DNA of 43,706 nucleotides from Octopus sinensis (GCF_006345805.1 NW_021835030.1:1-43706), one strand, 5' to 3'; shown: positions 12,990-26,876, numbered from the stretch's first letter. A program made the numbers and translations. Notes: generated by a model not told the origin, from the letters alone.

Positions 12990-13190
12990 GAATAGTATTT
13001 GCAGGATTAACAGAAAACCCCTTCAAAACAACATGCTCACAGCATCTCCATTCTTTCAGAAGCAGCGAAATCAGTAATTCAATGTCACTATCACAGCACC
13101 ACGGAAGAGGAGAGTTAAATGATGTAACTATAGTGCAGCCTTCTGAAAAAGACAAACCATACAATAAAACAGAGTAGATACAACTTCAAT
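12990..13190 (+). mobile_element. GIY-YIG endonuclease relic of a Penelope-like element
   Basis: FAGLTENPFKTTCSQHLHSFRSSEISNSMSLSQH...KPYNKT matches the PLE pattern Y(I/V)GLTENxFKxRxxQHxxSFR...NSTxLSxH...KPYN. Confidence 0.7.
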
Positions 13191-13324
13191 ATCCTTGTAT
13201 CATTGCGATGATGAGATTATCTGCTGTTACTACGCCTGGTCAAAATGTGTTTTCTCACAGTATTGTCCTGCTGATTAGGCTAGAAAGACCGTCAACTTCT
13301 CCGACAGGAAAGCCAGTCTGTCGT

Positions 13325-13465
13325 AGGATTACCAATTTGCAGCTGAGTTGACTGGAGCAAAAAGAAATGAAGTGTCTTGCTCAAGGATACAATGCACTGC
13401 CGATCTGAGAATCGAAATGACGATGTTGCGATCGTGCGTGCAACACTCTAACGACTGGGTCACAC
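13325..13465 (-). mobile_element. SINE family 3 fragment (tRNA-like head plus central domain)
   Basis: Reverse complement aligns to 28740-28870 (TTGAGCAAG(G/A)CACTT, GCTCCAGT..ACTCAGCTG). Confidence 0.75.
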
Positions 13466-13634
13466 GTCTGCACAACAAATATATATGAAAATAAAATGAT
13501 GAGTGTGCCATTCATTATTATATAAAGAGATCCGACGAGCAATCAAATCAGTTAATCCACTGACGAAGAAAATATGATGCTATTGAAAAACCCAGGTCAC
13601 TTGTGAAGAATTGGTAATCATTGTAATATTAATG

Positions 13635-14035
13635 GTCGCATTAATCATTAACGCGCCGGACAAACTATTTAGCGCTATTTTCGTCTGTCTTTACATTCCT
13701 AGTTCAAATTCCACCGAGGTCGACTTTTCCTTTCATACTTACAGGATCGATAAAATAAGTACTGGTTGAGCAATGAGATTAATGTGATCGACTTGCGGGC
13801 CGTGTGTCAATATCAATAGACCGGCTGGCGGGTTCTTTACCTCGCCGGCGCAAAATGTTTAGTGGCATTTTATTCGTTTTTACGTTCAGATTTCAAGCTC
13901 CACCTTGATCGACTCTGCATTTCATCCTTCCGAGGTCTGTAAATTAAGTACTAGATTAGTATTGGGATGGGCTGATGTAATCGACTGACCCCCCCTCTCC
14001 CGAATTTGGTGATGTTGTGCCAGAGTTTGAAACCG
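13635..14035 (+). mobile_element. Two diverged SINE family 1 copies
   Basis: TTCAAATTCCACCGAGGTCGACTTT core at ~13703 and a degenerate core at ~13890. Confidence 0.75.
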
Positions 14036-14496
14036 ACATTGGTAGCTGCATTTCTGAATATAGATAATATTTAATTTTATCATTTAGTATCACGATATAA
14101 ACCAATTTGTTTTACACAATGTCATAAAGATATTTAAGCACAGTCATTGTTCTATAGCTAAGAAATTTGCTGTGCTACCACGTGGCTTTCGATTCAGTCT
14201 CACCGTGCTCTTCCTGGGGCAGTATATGTGTATATATGTGTGCGTAGGATTGTATATGTGGGCGTGCACCCATGTATGTAAGACAGCTAAATCTGTAAAG
14301 GCCATTATGTATCAAGTTATACATGCAAACTTGGGCAGCTAAATCTCACAACCTTACACACCCGTCCATTTCACCATACACAGACACACAAACACACACA
14401 GATACACACTAATACGCATACAAATTCATATGTATCACTTCATGCCCCTCGCTATCACCGTACACTGCACGACATATACAGAGATATACACATACA

Positions 14497-14519
14497 GTCA
14501 GACAGACAGATAGATAGAC

Positions 14520-14582
<63 letters not shown>

Positions 14583-14618
14583 CAGACATACAGACATATT
14601 ATATATATATATATATAC

Positions 14619-14685
<67 letters not shown>

Positions 14686-14721
14686 CAGACATACAGACAT
14701 ATTATATATATATATATATAC

Positions 14722-14808
<87 letters not shown>
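14497..14808. repeat. (AGAT)n array with a duplicated internal spacer
   Basis: AGACAGACATACAGACATATT(AT)nAC occurs twice between AGAT runs. Confidence 0.95.
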
Positions 14809-14809
<1 letters not shown>

Positions 14810-15490
14810 GTGTGTGCAAGTGTGAAGAAGAAGAATAGCCGACTTCTACGCTTCGCTGCCAACATGTTTTGGGATCAATCCCCTGTTGCTGCAAATGGGA
14901 GCATTTTCATACATCATTCCCTCAGGTGATCCCGCTACTTTTACGTGAAATTAGACAAAAGACTAAATCTGTGCGATAATCTATCGAATGGTCAGAGAAT
15001 ATGATATAAAGATATGGCTTTGTTACACGCCATGTTACGTTGGTTCTTCATGGGAATTCTAATAAATTCTTCAGATGTCTGTAGAATATTCACCTACTAA
15101 CAAACCATATCAGCAGGTAGATCTGTTCGTGGAACAATTGTATCATCATTGCCGATATCCACTCCAAATATGTGTGTGTGTGTGTTCGGGTGTGTTCGGG
15201 TGTGTGTGTGTGTGAGTGTGTATGTGTGTCTGCGTGTGTGTATGAATGTGTATTAGTATATAAATGTATGAGTATATACTTGTATAGATGTAAATATGTG
15301 TATACATATATATATACATGTATGCTTGTATCTATACGTTTAGATACATGTATATATACATACATATACAAACATACAGACATATATATATATATATATA
15401 TATAATATATTATATATATAGAGAGAGAGAGAGACATGTATGTATGCTTGTCTGTAAACGTTTAGAAGCACATATATATACATATATATA

Positions 15491-15529
<39 letters not shown>

Positions 15530-15545
15530 ACATATATACATACAG

Positions 15546-15584
<39 letters not shown>

Positions 15585-15748
15585 ATATATAATAATATAT
15601 ATATATTGGGTGTATGTATATGCATATCTATAATCATAGTCACACACCCACACGCACATGTACATTCATGCATACATATATTTATATATGTATATACATA
15701 TATATATATATGTGCATATGTATGTGAGTATATATGCGTGTTGTGTGT

Positions 15749-15788
<40 letters not shown>

Positions 15789-16055
15789 TCTGTATGGATG
15801 TATCTATATTGAAATCGACATATTCAGCAATGTACAAACTGACAAAGAAACTAAGAGAAGAAACTCGTCATAAATTGATAAGTAGATAAATTAAGAGATT
15901 ATATTTATAAATGGGAATAATACATAACTGGATAGATAAGCCGATAAATGGATTGATAAATGGATAGAGAAATCTATGGGTATATACATTGGCGGCATAC
16001 ATGAGACATCGCACACGTCCACATAACATACACGTCTGCATATGCACAAACACAT

Positions 16056-16350
16056 ACGTCTCTTCCTTTCTCTCTATCGTTCTCTGCGCTCGCTTGCTTC
16101 GTCAATCTCTCTCCAGCTCAAACCACACACAGAGAGAGACAGATGCATTCTTCTCGATGCCTTCCTGTTTGTCAGTCTGTGGATTCGGTCGTTTCCGTGC
16201 CAGCATCTGTAGGGGGTCAGCCGTATATCAAAGGGCCTCCCTAATTGAATGCAGCCGTATTCAAAATGGCGTCCCTTACGTAAAAATCCACTGATGAAGA
16301 AATGTTGCTGAATCTGACGTAGTCAATGACGGCTGATGTAACGTGCTTTG
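16056..16350 (-). promoter_or_regulatory. Candidate enhancer or alternative promoter with non-coding exon
   Basis: Unique-sequence island with YY1-like CAAAATGGCG, TTACGTAA, TGACGT, TAATTG and ATCAAAG motifs; minus-strand donor AGAC|gtatgt at ~16056; all three frames of the preceding exon-like stretch contain stops. Confidence 0.3.
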
Positions 16351-17160
16351 ATCATTCCTGAGTGAACTTTCTTCTCCTGACTAAAATGGAGGTGTAGGGA
16401 GAGGAGGACTGAACGACAAGAATAAGATATAATAGGGGTAGTTAACTGAAGATTGTGTGCGGGTTAGGTTGGGGTTGTGGCGTTTGTGGCGGTGGTGGTA
16501 TTTTGCTGTTGCTGTTGCGTTTGACGATGACTGTATTACACTTGGTAATCGTGGTGGCGACATCGACGGTGGTGGTGGTGGTGGTGGTGGTGGTGGTGGT
16601 GGTGGTGGAGGTGATGGTGGTGTTGGTGGTGGCGGTGGAAATGCTAATACTGGACGATATTGTCGAGAAACAGATGTGTGTGTGTATGTATGCATGTATG
16701 TATATATGTATGTATGTGTGTGTGCATGAATGTTTGCGTGTCTGTGGGTGAATGTATAAATAGTGATTAAAGAGAGTGTATATATATATATATATGTATA
16801 TATACATAGATGCGTAAATATGTCTGTATATATATATATTTATATACACATATAGATGTATATATAGGTATAACTGAATTTATAAAATATATGCATGTAT
16901 GTGTGTATATATATGTATATATATGTACATATATATGTACCTATGTATGTATATACGTCTGTACGTGTGTATGCATGTTCTGCAATTTTCTCCGTCTACC
17001 ACTCCCTAAATTTGTTTACACACGCAACACACACACTTAGACACGCACGCACTCACGCACACATATACAGGTATACATATTCATTAATGTGTGTATTTAA
17101 CTTTGCATATTTACCATTGTGTATGTTGTGCATGTGCGTGTGTGCGTGCGTGCGTGTGTG

Positions 17161-17199
<39 letters not shown>

Positions 17200-17202
17200 T
17201 GT

Positions 17203-17250
<48 letters not shown>

Positions 17251-17479
17251 CGGTTATGTGTGGTGATAGAAGCTGTCTTTTAGAGAAGTAGGAAAAAAGA
17301 AGTCGGAACCCAGAAAGAAGAAAACGCAAGACATGTCACTATTATCATTTATCGAAGAAAATAAAAAAAAACACGATACAAGCCAGTCGAGCCGTGACCA
17401 CCCGGTTAGTCACCAAGCCACAGGCTCTGCAGAGAATCATTATTCAATGCGTATTTTTCTTGAATTATAAGGAGGGGTA

Positions 17480-17684
17480 TGTGGGGATGTTGAAAAGTTC
17501 CTGACTTTAAAAATGTCGTGAAAGGCCTGGCTTGAGGTCCTTTTTTCTGGGTTTTCAAAAACTGAAGGACTGCTGCAATGAATGTATGAATCTGATAGGG
17601 GAAAATGTTGAATAAAATCGCAATTAATTCATCCTCCTGTATTTCTTTTACTCACAGCCAGGAATATTTTAGCACGCCATCGTG
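17480..17684 (+). mobile_element. Mariner-derived MITE retaining transposase C-terminus
   Basis: Imperfect TIRs (..GATGTTGAAAAGTTCCTGACT / AGCCAGGAATATTTTAGCACG..) with a left TA; 17556-17615 encodes QKLKDCCNECMNLIGENVE*, resembling the mariner C-terminal KLxxRWxKCVxxxGDYVE. Confidence 0.8.
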
Positions 17685-17689
17685 TGCTG

Positions 17690-17830
17690 CAGTTCCTGGT
17701 TTCAAGGGTGTCACGAAAGACCTCGTTGGAGGCCCAACCTTACGAGTTCTTTTGCAGGGCTTATAAGGGACCGCTGCAATAAATGTACGAACCTGAGAAG
17801 GAAATGTGTTGAATAAAATCTTACAGATTC
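17690..17830 (+). mobile_element. Second truncated mariner MITE copy
   Basis: AGTTCCTGG start and IRDRCNKCTNLRRKCVE* C-terminal relic. Confidence 0.7.
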
Positions 17831-17929
17831 CTCCAGGACCTTATCAGGACCCCCCTGGTATGATGACGGTTCTGTGGTATGACGTAATATGGTGGGATGT
17901 AGTTTTGGTTGTAGTTTACTGGTGTTCGT

Positions 17930-18119
17930 GGAGAGGTGGTAGTGGTGGTGGTGGTGGTGGTGGAGGTGGTAGTGTTGGTGGTGGTGGTTGTGGTTGTGGT
18001 GGTGGTGGTGGTGGTGGTGGTGGTGGTGGTGGAAGTGATGTTTGTTGTGACTGGGAAATTTGTGCTGGTGTATAGTGGGGCTAGTAATATTTTTTTTCGA
18101 TGGTAGTAATGTTGATGCC

Positions 18120-18154
<35 letters not shown>

Positions 18155-18591
18155 GGATGATGAGATTAACGATACTGTTGCTGTTGTTATTGTTGTTTTC
18201 TTGTGATGGTGGTAGTGATGATGGTGGTATACATATCCTTGCTGGCGCCTAAAGATGAGAAGATTAATGAGGATGAGTAGTAGGGTTTGGAAAAAAAGCG
18301 ATGAGATGAGGGGAGTGCGAGGTGATGATGGCGATGATGTTGATGACGATTCATGATGGTAGTGGTGGGGGTGATGTGGGGGTTGGAGTGCTGATTATAA
18401 CAATGATGATGACGACGATGGTGATGATGATGATATTGAAAATGACGATGTTGACTGATCATAATATAATGGTGGTTGTTTTACAGCTTATTGTGATGAT
18501 GATGACGATGACGATGATGATGAGGAAGATGATGACAACGACTACGACGACGATGAAGATGATGATGATGATGATGATGAGGAGGAGGAGG

Positions 18592-18630
<39 letters not shown>

Positions 18631-18830
18631 TGATGATGGTGGTGATGATGATTTTCCCACAGAATAGATGTGACAGATGATGATGATTAAGGCGTAATGA
18701 TGTTGGTTTTAGTATCTGTATTGGTACTGGAGGTCGTTTTCACAATGGCTGCGACGATGACGATGACGATGACGACGACGGCGACGACGCCGACAATGGC
18801 GATGCTATTGGCGCTGATGGTGTTGATCGA
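17930..18830. repeat. (GGT)n/(GAT)n/(GAC)n low-complexity tract
   Basis: Direct reading; source of the poly-Met/His ORFs. Confidence 0.9.
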
Positions 18831-19135
18831 TAAGACACGAAATCATAAAGAATATCTCTGTTTATATCTTTGAATCTTAATCTGTTATTAGAGAAGGCAT
18901 GGAGAGACTTAGCTGAAGTTATTTACGAGCAATTTAGCACAAGCAGATCAAAAGACGCAGTCTTCAGTGTCACAATGGAGCTGATAAAAATAAATTTAGA
19001 CATTATTTATACAACCACACATCTATATCTATCTATCAATCTATCTATCTATCCATCATTATCTATCTATCTATCTATTCTATATATCTATCTATCTATC
19101 TATTCTATCTATCTATCTATCTATATCTAATATTA

Positions 19136-19203
<68 letters not shown>

Positions 19204-20597
19204 TATATATATATATGTTTGTTTGCCTATCTGTCATCTATCTTTCTATTTGTCTTGTCTATCTGTCTGTCTATCTATGAATCTATCTGTTTGTTTGTTT
19301 CTGGCCAATCTATCTGTCTCTCCTTTTCTAGCTCATTATATATATATATATTTATATATTCAGTCACCTACATTCGTATGAATATATAAACATTTATATG
19401 TAGTATGTAGTGTGCAGCATATAACTATGTGCATACTTATCTATGTATATGAACACAAGGTGGATAAGAAGCTCATTTCACAGCCATGATGTCTGGGGTT
19501 CGCTCCGACCGTATGGCATTTTATGTGATGGCGGACTTAAGATACCCTCAGATTAGCGAGGATGATGATGATGTTAATGAACTTGCAGAATACGAAGAGT
19601 GTGTACATCATTCAAAATCTCCGGTGAATAATACATCCAAACTTCCAGTGAATTATGTATTCACTGATATTGCGGAATGCTTGCCGAGTTGTAAAACCTT
19701 CCGTGAACGCAAATGAAACAAAATCATCAGAGAATGTAATAGTCTTAGTTGTAATGTCTATCCATATTGGGGTCTTATCAGAGATATGTACCCACCTTGA
19801 TCAGATTCAAAGAAATGAATAAACGATTTGGTATATACACTTCAAATCTAAAAGATTCACAGAACTCCAGAGAATAATTTGCATGCTATAAGGGTTCAGA
19901 GATTCATTTAGTATTATAGAGCTGTCATAGAGTTTTGAATCCACCTCAAACAGTATCAAAATATGACATAATACATGTAAATAAACATATCACACATAAA
20001 ATTAAAAAAATATCAGAGTAACATCGTTCTTCTTGACTGAAAAATAGCGAACAGCCTTAACCGAGTTTCGGCTATTATTGGGGTCTCATCATACATGTCT
20101 ACATATACTTAACATACATAACATATACATACTTATATGCATACGTCTATACGTACAGACGTTTCGGTATATCCATTTATGCAAAAACACTATACTATGT
20201 TCCTGGAGACATCTACATGAAATTTCTTTTATGTATAAATATCTTCGTGAACATATGCAGAGAGGTCAGATAGGCAACTTTAATTACTGCTTTCGGAACT
20301 TCTTTCTCGAACGAATAACCTCTTTAAATGTCCATGGAGATTCTGTTTAAAGAACCAGAGTATATAAAGGTGTAAGCCGGATAAACTGATTTGCATAAAA
20401 AGCGCATTTAGCAATTTAATTTTTTCCTTGAAGGCATTGTAAATAACGGTGTTAGCATTTTTCTGTACATAGTGTATCATCTAAAATGCATGATGATATT
20501 CTGCAGCACTGGTTAGTAACGAATAAAAAGAAATACTAAGCTCTGTTAACGCATCTGTAATTGCCGAAAACTTCAATATAGACTTAGATATATGACA

Positions 20598-20635
<38 letters not shown>

Positions 20636-20646
20636 CACACACATAT

Positions 20647-20726
<80 letters not shown>

Positions 20727-21628
20727 TTGTGTATATACATATACATATTTGTATGTATGTATACACATATGTGTGTGTGTATTCTAACAAGTATACACAT
20801 TCATGTATGCTTGCATAAATACATACATGCACACATGTTTACATTAGTGCATAAATGAATGCATGCATCAATACATACGCGCATGTTTTCATACATGTAT
20901 GCGTATAGAACGATACCCATTTAAACAGAAAAGCCGTAGAAAACCAAACATATACCTGTAGGTGCTGCTACTACTAACCACCACCACCACCACCACCACC
21001 ACCACCGCCACCGTCGACGCCACCGCCGCCGCCATTATCAGTGACGACAAAATCACTACCACTACTACTGTAACCAACACCAACACAGCCACATATTTTC
21101 CTGCATCAACAGCACCAGCATGAGCACAACCACCACCAGCAGCAGCAGCGGCAGTCGCGGCAGCAGCAGCAGCACCACTCCAGAGCGGAGCGTATCACTA
21201 TTTCCTTACCAGCATCATTGTCAGCAACAGCTCCCTAACGTAGCCCTTAACCCCGTTCCCAACACCACCAGCTGCAACGAGAGAGTTTGCTATATAACTA
21301 CAACAGCGGTGATAGAACGGACTAAGTGAAGCAATCAAAGCAAACAGCGGTACTGAAGTATCTTGCATCCAGAAATAAACATCTATTTATTTCCCCGATT
21401 TCTCCCACTTTTCCCTACTTCTCTCCTCTCTTTAGGTGCATTTCATCAGGTGATCCTTACAAAATTTCCTCCACCTTAATACCTTAATATCTTCCCGCCA
21501 CCAACACTAAAAACTACAGCGCCGACACCACCACCACCACCACCACCACATATATATGTCTTTATACATATATATATATGTATATAAATAAATATTATAT
21601 ATATATATATATATATATTCATATATAC

Positions 21629-21659
<31 letters not shown>

Positions 21660-21753
21660 CATATATATATGTATTATATACACATATATATGTTATACAT
21701 ATATATATATACATATATACATACATCTGTCTACATACACACATGCATATATA

Positions 21754-21817
<64 letters not shown>

Positions 21818-22138
21818 AAATACATACGTATGTGTGTTGTGTTTATATATATATTTATATATGAATGTATGCGGGCGTGTGTGTGAAGTCCCTAGAATCC
21901 CTGGAAATGAAGTGCTTTCTAAGCATTCGAATAGAGTTTACGGCACATCGTGTGTGTTTATTACTATTATTTTGTTGTTCATCTTTTTTCAGTTCTCGTT
22001 GAATATTTCTGGTAACTGATACGAGTATGTTGTTCTTTTCTCTTTATTTATCTTTTTTCTAGATATCATATATATTTCCACATATCTCCTTCTCTTTCTC
22101 AAAGTGCTTTAATTTCTTTCTGCCTCTCCTTCTCTCTT

Positions 22139-22176
<38 letters not shown>

Positions 22177-22544
22177 ACATGCTCACACACACACACACAC
22201 ACATCTCTTAAAGTACAAGATTGTCTATACACACATACAACCTCACGCACATATATAGATTGATAAATAGTTCAATATATATGCATATATGTATATATAT
22301 GTGTGTGTGTGTGTATACTTATATGAATACATACACACACATGTATAAGCATAAGTATATATGTATTATATATATATAAATATGAATACATATGCAGTGT
22401 ACATATGCATATATGTATACATATATACATACACATACATGTATGTATACATGTATATATACAATATATACTCATACACATTTATACACATATCTACATA
22501 TACGTATATATAAGATAAATATCAAAAACATTTTTGCCTGTTAA

Positions 22545-23705
22545 TATGTGTGCGTGAGTGTGCGTATATGTGTATGTATGTATGCATGCATGTATGTATT
22601 TATGTATGTATGTATGTATGCATGTATGTATGTATGTATGTATGTATGTATGTATGTATGTATGTATGTATGTATGTATTTATGTATGTATGTATGTATG
22701 TATGTATGTATGCATTTATGTATGTATGTATGTATGTATGTATGCATGCATGTATGTATGTATGTATGTATGTATGTATGTATGTATGTATTTATGTATG
22801 TATGTATGTATGTATGTATGTATGTATGTATGTATGCATGTATGTATGTATTTATATATGTATTTATGTATGTATGTATGCATGTATGTATGTATGTATG
22901 TATGTATGTATGTATGTATGTATGTATTTATGTATGTATGTATGTATGTATGTAGTATGTATGATGTATGTATGTATTTATGTATGTATTTATGTATGTA
23001 TGTATGCATGTATGGATGTATGGTATTTATGTATGTATATATGTATGTATTGTATGTATGTATGTATGTATGTATGTATGTATGTAGTATTATGTATGTG
23101 TGTATGTTGTATGTATGTATGTATTTATGTATGTATATATGTATTAAGTATGTATGTATGTATTTATGTATGTATGTATGTATGTATGTATTTATGTATG
23201 TATGTGTATGTATATGTATGTAATGTATGTATGTATTTATGTATGTATGTGATGTATGTATGTATGTATGTATGTATGTATGCATGTATGTATGTAGTAT
23301 TTATGTATGTGTGTATGTATGTATGTATGTATGTATGTATGCATGTATGTGTGTATGTATGTAGTATGTTATGTATGTATGTATGTATGTATGTATTTAT
23401 TATGTATGTATGTATGTAGTATGTATGTATGTATGTATGTATGTATGTATTTATGTATGTATTATGTATGTATGTATTGTGTATGTATGTATGTATGTAT
23501 GTATGTATGATGATGCATGTATGTATGTATGTATGTATGTATGTATTATGTATGTATGTATGTATGTATGTATGTATGTATGTATGTATGTATGTATGTA
23601 TGTATGTATTATGTATGTATGTATGTATTGTATGTATATGTATGTATGTATTTATGTATGTATGTATGTATGTATGTATGATGATTATGTATTTATGTAT
23701 GTATG
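22545..23705. repeat. ~1.16-kb (TATG)n array
   Basis: Direct reading; source of the MYVC-repeat ORFs. Confidence 0.97.
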
Positions 23706-24244
23706 TGCGCTTATTTCCTCCCATGTAAATGTGTCTATGTCAATATCTATTTACTTACGTAGCAAAGCGAGGTAGCTAACGGAGCTATTCTCCAACACAC
23801 TCTCTGTCCCTGCTTCATTATCTCTCTCTTTCTCTTTCGCTCTCACAGTCTCTGTCTCTCTCTGTCTCTCTCTGTCTCTCTCTCCCTTTTTCTCTCTCGC
23901 AATAAACACACCCACCCACACACGCACTCTTCTCTCTTTCTTTCTTTCTTTCTTTCTTTCTCTCTCCCCCTCCTACACAGCTGTAACATCTCTGAAGTTC
24001 ATGAAGCATTAAATATGACTACACATTAATGTCCCCGTTTATTGTACGACAGGTCATCAGGGTAAAACAGGGCCATGCACACACTAATGCACACGCATAC
24101 GCACACGCACGCACGCATACATACAGATACACACTCACACGCGCACATACACGCATACACACGCATGCACACACAACACGGAAGCATTCATGCACAGAGG
24201 CACACATTCACACATGCGCATGCACAACAGTTAATGTATACACA

Positions 24245-24301
<57 letters not shown>

Positions 24302-24451
24302 AATGGAGGGGGTGTGAGTGTGTATGTGTGTGTATGTGCGCGCGTGAGTGTGTATGCAAATGTCTGTATATATGTATGAGTGTATGTATGTCAATACATG
24401 TTGGATTTAAATGTATGTTCGTGCGGAAGAACATATTGGATATATACATAA

Positions 24452-24494
<43 letters not shown>

Positions 24495-24559
24495 CATATA
24501 CATGTGTGTTTGTGTGTGTATGACTGTCTCTGTCTGTACGTACAAATATATACACTCAC

Positions 24560-24625
24560 CCGTATGCTCTTATGCCTAGATCTCTATATAAATCCATGCG
24601 AGCATTGATGGTTTTTGTAGTGATG
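24560..24625 (-). CDS. Candidate internal exon (ITTKTINARMDLYRDLGIRAY-G)
   Basis: cacttcag| acceptor and CGG|gtgagt donor; 66 nt, open in phase 2->2, with an in-frame stop just upstream of the acceptor. Confidence 0.4.
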
Positions 24626-24737
24626 CTGAAGTGATATTCAAGGTTTTAATAGAGGTATTGGTAACACGGTTGATATTGGATCAATTAGCAATCAAGGGAT
24701 TCGTGGTTCGAAACCTCTGCCTCAAAATTTATAAGTA

Positions 24738-25495
24738 CCGTAAATCATAGAGTATAGTCCGCCCTTGAGTATAATACGCAAGGGATCTGGCAGAAACATT
24801 AGCACGCCGGGCGAAATGCGTAGCCATATTTTGTCTGCATTAGGTTCTGGGTTCAAATTCCGCCGAGGTCTACTTTGCCTTTCATCCTTTCTGGGGTCGA
24901 TAAATTAAGTACCAGTTTCGCACTGGGGTCGTTGTAATCGACTTAACCCGTTTGTCTGTCCTTGTTTCTCCTCTCTGTGTTTAGCCCCTTGTGGGTTGTA
25001 AAGAAATATATAATACGCAGGGGATTTTTAGGGGGATGTACCTCTGAAACGCCTAAACCTTGTCTATAATACGCACCCCTTCTCTAACCTGGGCCTTGAG
25101 TAATTAAGCCAGCAGCACCTAGTCGAACAAACGCTTCCGTGCATGCGTAATACAATAATGGTGACGTTTTTAACTGTTATATGGGAATGTAAATATGTTT
25201 GTAACTTGTTTTTGTTACATGTTATTCTGTGTTCTGAATACTTATATTTTAATAAATGTTGCTTACTGCAAGTTATGGATGATTCTTTTATGACTTCATT
25301 GCTTTCAGGCTTAGCTTAAGGTATTTCCGTGCGTATTTTTGCGCCCGACATCACAAAATGCGTCTGAATAAACATTGCCGGACAGCAAATAGAGACTAGG
25401 ACATTGCTTAGAAAATACTTTTCATTTTTAACCTCGTATATAGTACGCACTAGGGATTTTGACCTAAAATGCGAATTATACACGAGGATTTACGG
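24738..25495. mobile_element. Non-autonomous Tc1/mariner (pogo-type) DNA transposon
   Basis: TA-flanked TIRs CCGTAAATCATAGAGTATAGTCCGC / GCGAATTATACACGAGGATTTACGG; internal repeats of TATAATACGCA. Confidence 0.8.
24787..25008 (+). mobile_element. SINE family 1 copy nested in the MITE, with 17-bp TSD
   Basis: TATAATACGCAAGGGAT (24770-24786) and TATAATACGCAGGGGAT (25009-25025) flank the SINE. Confidence 0.9.
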
Positions 25496-26383
25496 TAAGT
25501 GTAATACTACTGTCAATTTATCACCAGTAATGTCGCAAAGGAATGTGATTTACGAATATGGTTCTCTTCAACCCTATTGAGTGTATATATATATACATAC
25601 ATATATGCATATGTATATATGCATATATATGTATATATGTATATGCATATATATATGTATATATGTACACATATGTATGTATATACATGTATACACACAC
25701 ACATATGTATGTATGTATGTATGTAAATATATGCAGGAACACGGACTACATGCATGCAAAGCCCGTAAAAGTCATATACGCCATATTTATTACTAAATAA
25801 TTCCACGCGCAACGTTTTACGTTATGCGTGCTTCGTGTGCTTTGTATGTACTTGCACTTCCATTTAAACATACGTAGGGGTATATTTATGTATACGCATA
25901 CACAACTATTTGACCCATTAGCATATATACCCACTTACACCGTCTTGTGATCATTATATATATATATATATACGTAGAAATCTTATATAAGTCTGTGTGC
26001 GTGTGTGTATGTAATTTTGAATGTAGGCAAAATAAATTAAGTCTTTCATATTAAGATTTAATGTTTATGTAATTTTGGGGTTTTATTGATGTCATTTATC
26101 CTCTCAACCCTACATTGGATATTGGATACATTATCTTTTGAGAGGGTTGTGTTCCGTATTTCTGCGCATTGTATTTCGCAGTTTATACACACGTACACAG
26201 TCACCGTTATCTTCGCAAATACAGACACATTCATATATATATATAGATATGTATATATATATAATATAATATAAATGGTATATATATATATATATATATA
26301 TACATTTCAAAATGTAACCGCGTGTGTACCGTTGGCGACTTTTTTCCTCTGTCTTCCCTTCTCTGGATCTTTCCTTCTCCTAT

Positions 26384-26418
26384 GTTTCCGACGAAGAGCT
26401 CCGCTCGAAACTTTAAAT
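26384..26418 (+). ncRNA. Degenerate minimal hammerhead motif within a short repeat (~26305-26510) flanked by (TA)n
   Basis: GUUU-CCGACGA-A-GAGC(UCC)GCUC-GAAA-CUUU-AAAU; U4->C and G16.2->U relative to the consensus core. Confidence 0.6.
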
Positions 26419-26567
26419 CCTCCTTCTTTCTTAATTTCCTGAGCGTCCAATAAAATTATACTTGTTCCACGTCCTCGCGTTGTTGTGTTTTCTTGTGCTT
26501 TCTTGTTTGGATTAACTTTATATATATATACATACATACACATATATACATACATACATATATATAC

Positions 26568-26615
<48 letters not shown>

Positions 26616-26794
26616 AAAAGGCGATAAAATAAATTGTTATCGCCGGTGATCTAGCACAAAAGACATTTTAGCCATAGGCTATATGTTATTCATATATAAG
26701 TACATTAAAAGGCTTCTAAAAGAAGAAGTGAGTACTAGATACACAAAAGTTGGATAAATTCAGTGAAATGAAAATTAAAAACGTTTACAAACTC

Positions 26795-26876
26795 GGTTCA
26801 TCTTATACTGCAGTTTCGTCTTTTTCACCATTAAATATAATTTATCTGCTCAGGTCAGATTCTTCAGTAAGCAACC
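26795..26876 (-). ncRNA. Type-I hammerhead motif, left-arm copy
   Basis: Mirror of 26955-27036; the single arm mismatch disrupts one stem II pair in this copy. Confidence 0.6.

Noticed and set aside
20280-20520. Minus-strand exon-like stretches (e.g. CCRISSCILDDTLCTEKC*)
   Set aside because: Several competing acceptors and frames, no convincing donor or family motif; Cys spacing does not fit an insulin A chain.
21120-21329. Ser/Gln/His-rich ORF
   Set aside because: CAG/CAC low-complexity sequence without supporting splice or homology evidence.
21993-22011. Plus-strand 19-nt microexon candidate
   Set aside because: Good acceptor but no partner exons or recognisable peptide; consistent with chance.
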